NCBI RefSeq assembly: GCF_000017305.1
Contig: NC_009664.2
Coordinates: 2,250,001 to 2,282,000, forward strand
Direction: 5' to 3'
Source: Kineococcus radiotolerans SRS30216 = ATCC BAA-149
Lineage (GTDB): Bacteria > Actinomycetota > Actinomycetes > Actinomycetales > Kineococcaceae
Length of the DNA stretch: 32,000 nt
Of the stretch, positions 27,196 through 32,000 are shown one piece after another. Both the position numbers and the translations under genes were made by a program. The notes under the pieces are model-generated. The model was not told the DNA's origin, did no database searches, and saw only the letters and a program-made list of their open reading frames with translations. Position 1 is the first letter of the stretch. Each line of letters starts with the position of its first letter.

Positions 27196-27470
27196 CCGTG
27201 GTGGTCGGGCTGTGCCTGGGGATGCTGACGGTCGCGGCGCTGCTGGCGCTGCTGCGGGTGGCCAAGGGACCCACGATGCTGGACCGCGTCGTGGCCCTCG
27301 ACGTCGTCGTCGCGGTCGTCGTCATCGCGCTGTGCGTCGAGGCGGCCGCGAACCGGCACGCCACGACCCTGCCGGTCATCGTCGTCCTCGCCCTGGTGGG
27401 TTTCGTGGGGGCGGTCAGCGTGGCGCGGTACGCGGCGAAGGAAGCGCCGCAGGAGAGGGGCGAGCGGTGA
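27192..27470 (+). CDS. mrpF: Mrp/Mnh antiporter subunit F
   Basis: 92 aa. GTGA overlap at 27192-27195. Motif LRVAKGPTMLDRVVALD. Confidence 0.86.
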   Translation: MTVVVGLCLGMLTVAALLALLRVAKGPTMLDRVVALDVVVAVVVIALCVEAAANRHATTLPVIVVLALVGFVGAVSVARYAAKEAPQERGER

Positions 27471-27838
27471 ACGGGTCCGTGGACTGGTCGGGGATCGCCG
27501 ACGTCGTCTCCGCGGTCTGCCTGCTGCTGGGCTGCCTGCTGACGCTGCTGGCGGCGATCGGGCTGCTGCGGCTGTCCGACGTGCTCGCCCGGATGCACAC
27601 CACCGCGAAGCCCCAGGTCCTGGGCGTCGTCCTCTCCCTCGTCGGGGTGGGGTTGCAGCTGCGCCGGGAGACCGACGTCGCCACCCTCGTCGCGATCGCC
27701 GCGTTCCAGCTGCTGACCGTCCCCGTCGCCGCGCACCTGGTGGGCCGCGCCGCCTACCGCACCGGGCAGGTCGACCCGGCCCTGCTCGACCACGACGACC
27801 TCGCCGAGCGGCTGGCCGAGGAGGAACGCTCCGGCTGA
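27467..27838 (+). CDS. mrpG: Mrp/Mnh antiporter subunit G
   Basis: 123 aa. GTGA overlap at 27467-27470. Motif IGLLRLSDVLARMHTTAKPQVLG. Confidence 0.86.
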   Translation: MNGSVDWSGIADVVSAVCLLLGCLLTLLAAIGLLRLSDVLARMHTTAKPQVLGVVLSLVGVGLQLRRETDVATLVAIAAFQLLTVPVAAHLVGRAAYRTGQVDPALLDHDDLAERLAEEERSG

Positions 27839-27955
27839 ACCGGGAGCGCCCCGTCGTGGGCCGCGAGCGCCGGGGCGATCGAGGCGGGGCTCACAATCTC
27901 GGCACCGCCTTTGCGGCGCTGCACGCGATCCGGCCCGGGGACCGGGAGCGCGGCG

Positions 27956-28294
27956 TCAGCGGGCCCGGTCCCGCCCACCTGCGGGCGGGTCGACGACGGC
28001 CCCTGCGAGGGCGACGACGTGGCCGATTTGCACGTCGGCACTGGTACCCGCTTCGCGGATGAAGGCGATCGAACGACCGGAGTACGGATCGGCCAGGATC
28101 CCGCTCAGCACGGTGCAGCCGTCGCGGTCCAACGTGATGGCGCTCAGGTCCCGGAGCAGGATGTCGTTGCGGGTATCGCACCCGTTGGCGTTGACGTCTA
28201 TCCGCGCTGTGCCGAACAGCTCACGTGCGTAGCCGGTGCGCGGAGTCCGGACCTCGACCTCCGAGGTGTCCTGCGCGGTGCGCGCCTCACCTCG
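27956..28294 (-). pseudogene. Truncated/decayed DUF1524-type nuclease paralogue, with no start codon or signal peptide of its own
   Basis: My codon-by-codon translation gives EVEVRTPRTGYARELFGTARIDVNANGCDTRNDILLRDLSAITLDRDGCTVLSGILADPYSGRSIAFIREAGTSADVQIGHVVAL. This aligns with residues about 44-135 of the intact nuclease at 20466-21272. Homology is lost after HVVAL (D-to-G change in the DH motif, then stop at 27956). Faint further similarity appears in another frame down to about 27850. Confidence 0.65.
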
Positions 28295-29215
28295 TCAAGT
28301 GCCGGCGTAGGAGACGGTCGCCCCAGCGGCAGGTGTCCAGGTGATCGAGCCGCCCTGGAAGTCGCTGCGCCGCCCGCCGGGTACGTCGTACTCGTCGCTG
28401 GTGGGGTAGCCCAGCCGACCGGTCTCCCAGCCCTGTGCCGCCCATGCGTCGCGGATGGCCCCACGCACCAGGTGCGCGCCGGTGGCCGGGGACCAGTAGA
28501 TCGAGCCGCCGGTGAAGTGGTTGAACGCCCCGCCGCGGATCGGGGTCTCGCTGGTGCTCGGGTAGCCCAGCACCCCGTTCTCCCAACCGGTGGCGCCCCA
28601 CTTGTCGAAGACCAGCCCACGCACGGCGTGGGCGCCGGTGGCCGGGGACCAGTAGACGGAGCCGCCCTGGAAGTGGTTGAAGGCTCCGCCGCGGATGGCG
28701 TTCTCACCGGTGGTGGGTAGGCGCAGCCAGGAGGTCTCCCAGCCCATGTCCGCCCAGCGACCCTTGATGGCTCCGCGCACGTCCTGCGCGCCGGTGGGCT
28801 CAGACCAGTAGATGGAGCCGTTGATGAAGTGGGTGTAGCGGGCGGTGCCGTTGGGCGTGGCCAACTCACAGGTGGTCGAGGACCCCAGCACGCCGGTGGC
28901 CCCGCCCAGGAAGAGCCAGCGGGCCTCGATGGCTCCGCGCACGCACGGCTGCGGGGGAACCGGCGCGGGCGGCGGGCTGGTGGGGCGGTGCGGCAGGGAC
29001 TCGCAGGCGACGCCGTTCTCCGGGTTGCCATCGAGGTTGTCGGGGTCGCCGGGGTGGCGGTTGAGGTGGTCCTGCGCGTCCTCCTGGTAGGTGAAGTCCG
29101 AGCAGTTCACGTCCCCGATGTGATCGGCCCAGGCCGGAGTCCCGCTCAGGGCCCCGATGCTCACCACTGCCAGTGCTGCGGCCGCACCGCGCCGTGCCCA
29201 CGTTGCCACGCTCAT
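28295..29215 (-). CDS. Secreted LGFP-repeat protein with N-terminal Excalibur-like domain
   Basis: 306 aa. Signal peptide (…GTPAWA/DH), VNCSDFTYQEDAQDHLNRHPGDPDNLDGNPENGVACE, Pro-rich linker, and four LGFP units (WENGVLGYPSTSETPIRGGAFNHFTGGSIYWSP). Confidence 0.85.
   Translation of the reverse strand: MSVATWARRGAAAALAVVSIGALSGTPAWADHIGDVNCSDFTYQEDAQDHLNRHPGDPDNLDGNPENGVACESLPHRPTSPPPAPVPPQPCVRGAIEARWLFLGGATGVLGSSTTCELATPNGTARYTHFINGSIYWSEPTGAQDVRGAIKGRWADMGWETSWLRLPTTGENAIRGGAFNHFQGGSVYWSPATGAHAVRGLVFDKWGATGWENGVLGYPSTSETPIRGGAFNHFTGGSIYWSPATGAHLVRGAIRDAWAAQGWETGRLGYPTSDEYDVPGGRRSDFQGGSITWTPAAGATVSYAGT
28307..28936 (-). repeat. Four tandem coding LGFP repeat units
   Basis: Repeated about-52-aa units are visible in the ORF translation. 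Confidence 0.8.
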
Positions 29216-29523
29216 GTCGTCCCCCTGTGTGCGGGAGCCACCTCGCTCCGTCGCCTCAAGCTAACTGAGCCCCTGGCGCCGGCGGGCCGTTTCACCGCAC
29301 CGCCAGCTCGATGGCTGTGTTGCGCTCGCACGGGTCGGGCTGGGCCAGGGCCGGCGCGCTCGACCTGGCCACCGATCCCCGGTCGGTCCGCGTGATCGAC
29401 ATCGACCATCGACACCGTAGGGGCCGCTCTGATGGGCGCTGTCACGGTCTGCCCTAGGAACGAACGGGAGCGTCGGCGACGGCAGGACCGCGTGGTTCAG
29501 CGGTGGAGCCCTAGCCTGACTCA

Positions 29524-30291
29524 GTGATCACTGCGGGTGGCGACCTTGCGACCCAGCCCGCCAAGACGGGCCTCGCCGTCATCGAGTGGCGGCCCGACGA
29601 AGCCCGGCTCACGAGGCTGCAGCTGGACGTCACCGACCGCGACATCGTCGGGGCGGCACTGACGGCGCAGAAGGTGGGGATCGACTGCCCGCTGGGGTGG
29701 CCGGACGACTTCATCGCCTTCATCACCGCGCACGCCGGCGGCCGCGTCGAGCTCCCCACCGCCGAAAGCGGCGACGAGTTGCGCCGGCGCCTGGCCTACC
29801 GCCAGACCGACCGAGTGGTGCGTCAGGCCGGCTACTCACCCCTGAGCGTCGCAGCCGACCGCATCGGGCTCACCGCGATCCGGGTGGCCATCATCCTCGA
29901 AGATCTCGCCGCAGCGGGGGCGCCGGTGGACCGCTCCGGAGCGGGGGTCGTCGCCGAGGTCTACCCGGCGGCGTCCCTGGGCCGGTGGGGCTTGGCGCAC
30001 CGGCAGTACAAGCGCGAGAGCAACCGGGCGGCGCGCGAGGCGCTGGTCGCTGCGGTGCGCGAGCAGGTGCCGTGGTTGGACCTCGGCGGACACGGGCCGC
30101 TGTGCGAGGACTCCGACGATGCGCTGGACGCCGTCGTCGCGGCCCTGACCGCGCGGGCTGCGGCGTTGGGTCGCTGCGACTCGCCGCCTGAGCACGACAC
30201 GGAGCGAGCCCGGCGGGAAGGGTGGATCCTGCTGCCGAACGGGCCCCTGTCGACCCTGGTGCTGGACGACTCCGATGGAGGATCGAGATGA
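29524..30291 (+). CDS. DUF429-family protein (predicted RNase H-like-fold nuclease)
   Basis: 255 aa, GTG start. Motifs recalled for DUF429: VGIDCPLGWP, AEVYPAAS, and SDDALDAVVAALTARA. No convincing RBS. Confidence 0.72.
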   Translation: MITAGGDLATQPAKTGLAVIEWRPDEARLTRLQLDVTDRDIVGAALTAQKVGIDCPLGWPDDFIAFITAHAGGRVELPTAESGDELRRRLAYRQTDRVVRQAGYSPLSVAADRIGLTAIRVAIILEDLAAAGAPVDRSGAGVVAEVYPAASLGRWGLAHRQYKRESNRAAREALVAAVREQVPWLDLGGHGPLCEDSDDALDAVVAALTARAAALGRCDSPPEHDTERARREGWILLPNGPLSTLVLDDSDGGSR

Positions 30292-30673
30292 CACGTCGGT
30301 GGCGCTCGTGAGAGGCGATGAAGCCCGGGTGGTCGCGCAGTTCAGTGCGTGGTTGCAGGACGCCGGGTGGCAGGTCAGCACCGAGGTCGACTTCTGCGAC
30401 GTGGTGGCTACCCGGGGCGGGCAGACCCTGTACGCGGAGGCGAAGGGACGCACCACGTCCCCGGGGCTGGACGTCGACACCATGTACGGGCAGCTGCTGC
30501 GCCGGATGCTTCCTCAGGTGGGCGAGGACGTCAGGTACGCGGTGGTGGTGCCGCAGGCGGCACGGACCCACGCCCTGCGGGTACCCGAAGCGATCAGGGC
30601 GAGGCTGAACGTCGATGTCTACGTCGTCTCCGACGAAGGCAGCGTGGAAGCCGTCACGTCGCCTCACGTGTGA
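30275..30673 (+). CDS. Small PD-(D/E)xK (restriction-endonuclease-fold, Hjc/NucS-C-like) protein
   Basis: 132 aa from ATG 30275; GTG 30299 or 30308 are alternative starts. Candidate catalytic set E16 … D42 (CDVVA) … E55-A-K57 (LYAEAKG), followed by YGQLLRR. Overlaps the DUF429 gene by 17 nt. Confidence 0.62.
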   Translation: MEDRDDTSVALVRGDEARVVAQFSAWLQDAGWQVSTEVDFCDVVATRGGQTLYAEAKGRTTSPGLDVDTMYGQLLRRMLPQVGEDVRYAVVVPQAARTHALRVPEAIRARLNVDVYVVSDEGSVEAVTSPHV

Positions 30674-30765
30674 GCCATCGCTGCTGGTGAAGCTCGTGAT
30701 CAGCCAACTCCTGCCTGAGCCGCGACCGTGCGGACTTCCCGGCAGAAGACCACGGGCTGCACGCG

Positions 30766-30782
30766 CCACGTCAGTGACGTGG
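30766..30782. repeat. Perfect 17-nt palindrome CCACGTCA-g-TGACGTGG in a noncoding spacer
   Basis: Read directly. 8-nt arms around a single central base. Lies 93 nt downstream of the PD-(D/E)xK gene stop. Confidence 0.8.
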
Positions 30783-31058
30783 ACGAGCAGCCGGCGGCTC
30801 TTGGAGGCTGCGCTCACCCGCAGAGGAGACAGGTTCTTGGACGATTCGCGCAGGCGTGTCGGGTAGCCGCCAGATGCGCATCACAGGCAGGTGCTCCTGA
30901 GACGACTGCCCGCACCCGGCACCTCCCCGGCAGGCAGGCAGGCCGCCGCAGCGCAGCAGCTCACTCGTTCGCCGGATCGAGGCGACGGCGGCCGACGCCG
31001 ATGCCGTTGAGGAGGCAACCAGCCACGGGTAGGCGTGGACCGAACCCGTGGAGGCGGT

Positions 31059-32000
31059 GTGTCAGCAGGCGGTGCTCGAGACGCCGCGTCCGGCGACGGG
31101 CGGAGACACGGCCGTCGTGCCGAGCCGGCCGTGAGGGGTTCCCGCGCCACGGGGCGGCGTCTGGCCGGCGCCGCGGTCGCCGGGGCCGCGCTGTCGGGGC
31201 TGGTCTGGTGGGTGCTGCCCGACGAGGCGGTGTACTCGCCGTGGTGGACGCAGGTGCTCGGCTGGCCGGCCGCCCTGCTGCTGCGCGTCGACCCGGTGCA
31301 GCGCTGGATCGGCGGGGGCCGCCTGGACAACCGCCTCTGGCTCCGGCTCACGATCGCCGGGGTCCTGTTCGCGGGCACCATCGCCACGACCGGGGTGTCC
31401 TTCCTCTTCCCCGTCTTCGCCGCCCTGGTCGCCAGCGTGCACCTGCAGTGGAGCGGCGCGCGGGCGTGGCGGCCGTGCGCGGCGATGACGCTGCTGCTCA
31501 GCGCGGCGCTGCAGGTGGCGGTGCAGCTCGGCTGGTCGCCCTCGCACCTGCCCCGGTCGCTGGACCTGGTGGCCTCGGTGGTCACCCTGGTGCTGTCGCT
31601 GCTGCTGATCGGCAACGTGGCCGTGCTCGCCGCCCAGCGCGAGGCCGAGACCGCCGCCCTGGACGTCGAGCGGCGCAGCCGCCACGACGCGCTGCTGCAC
31701 GCCGCCACCCACGACGCCCTGACGGGGCGGCTGAACCGCGCCGGGCTGCAGGAGCACTTCACCCGGCCGCCGGGCGACGCGGCCCCCCGCGGCACCGGAC
31801 CGCGGGGGACGGGACCGCACGGCGCCGGCGCGGTCGCGCCCGAGGTGGACGCGGTGGGCGGGGTCGCGGTGGTCTACGTCGACCTGGACCACTTCAAGCC
31901 CATCAACGACCGCTACGGTCACGCCGCCGGCGACCTGCTGCTGCGCCTGGCCGCGGACCGCATGGCCGCGCTGCTGCGCCCGGGGGACGGGCTGGGGCGC
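31059..32000 (+). CDS. Membrane-anchored diguanylate cyclase (GGDEF domain), 5' partial - runs off the window
   Basis: The frame is open from 31011 to the window end, so it is absent from the ORF track. Several TM segments are followed by LLHAATHDALTGRLNRAG … VVYVDLDHFKPINDRYGHAAGDLLL. GTG 31059 has GGAGG 4 nt upstream; GTG 31035 and GTG 31131 are alternatives. Confidence 0.8.
   Translation, partial: MSAGGARDAASGDGRRHGRRAEPAVRGSRATGRRLAGAAVAGAALSGLVWWVLPDEAVYSPWWTQVLGWPAALLLRVDPVQRWIGGGRLDNRLWLRLTIAGVLFAGTIATTGVSFLFPVFAALVASVHLQWSGARAWRPCAAMTLLLSAALQVAVQLGWSPSHLPRSLDLVASVVTLVLSLLLIGNVAVLAAQREAETAALDVERRSRHDALLHAATHDALTGRLNRAGLQEHFTRPPGDAAPRGTGPRGTGPHGAGAVAPEVDAVGGVAVVYVDLDHFKPINDRYGHAAGDLLLRLAADRMAALLRPGDGLGR

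Noticed and set aside
28295-28297. TGA between the LGFP gene and the DUF1524 remnant as a selenocysteine codon
   Set aside because: I could see no SECIS-like hairpin immediately downstream. The downstream domain is itself degraded, so nonsense mutation or simple readthrough is more parsimonious.
27891-28720. ORFs 27911-28720 (+), 27891-28181 (-), 28198-29031 (-)
   Set aside because: They are antisense or off-frame to the LGFP gene and the DUF1524 remnant, with no motifs and artefactual composition.
29891-30817. 308-aa minus-strand ORF antisense to the DUF429 and PD-(D/E)xK genes, and plus-strand ORFs 29586-30191, 30318-30608, 30349-30690, 30615-30866
   Set aside because: The translations are Arg/Pro/Gly-rich without motifs. 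The DUF429 and PD-(D/E)xK frames show family-specific blocks.
30728-32000. Long open frame (+1 relative to the GGDEF gene) running from GTG 30728 to the window end, and minus ORFs 30881-31795 and 31062-31922
   Set aside because: There are no TM or GGDEF motifs and the content is R/A/G-rich. The frame containing DALTGRLNR and DHFKPINDRYGHAAGD is clearly the real one.
1-32000. Search by eye for transposase, integrase or recombinase genes, terminal inverted repeats, tRNA/rRNA genes and CRISPR arrays
   Set aside because: None was found. I therefore do not call any mobile element, and the accessory nature of 27.8-31.1 kb remains an inference.

Overview
Densely coding, very high-GC chromosomal window. 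My hand count is 182/240 G+C at 25021-25260. Gene content looks actinobacterial; a motile Kineococcus-like organism is only a guess. I support about 37 CDS, one pseudogene, two intrinsic-terminator-like hairpins and one operator pair. I recognised no rRNA, tRNA, CRISPR array, transposase or integrase.

Layout:
1. tctC-tctB-tctA-usp operon (minus strand), with a divergent CitA/DcuS-type sensor kinase and CitB/DcuR-type response regulator.
2. SpoOM-like protein, a small unknown protein, a PLP Thr/Ser dehydratase and an SDR.
3. A secreted LGFP-repeat/Excalibur protein, L-asparaginase and a short UvrA paralogue.
4. An uncharacterised, translationally coupled three-gene membrane operon.
5. Flavin reductase, an EamA transporter and a TetR regulator with twin palindromic operators, an HD-domain protein and a methyl-accepting chemotaxis protein (MCP).
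6. An excisionase-type HTH gene translationally coupled to a secreted DUF1524-Excalibur nuclease.
7. mrpA(B)CDEFG cation/proton antiporter operon.
8. An accessory-looking stretch (27.8-31.1 kb). It holds a decayed DUF1524 nuclease remnant lying in frame behind a second LGFP/Excalibur gene, an overlapping DUF429 (RNase H-like) plus small Hjc-like PD-(D/E)xK nuclease pair, and a 385-nt apparently noncoding spacer with a perfect 17-nt palindrome.
9. The 5' part of a membrane GGDEF gene running off the window.

Best candidate for an undescribed system: the two-nuclease DUF429 + PD-(D/E)xK module at 29524-30673. The second candidate is the HTH + secreted nuclease pair at 20466-21679. All family assignments come from motif recognition by eye, not from database searches.
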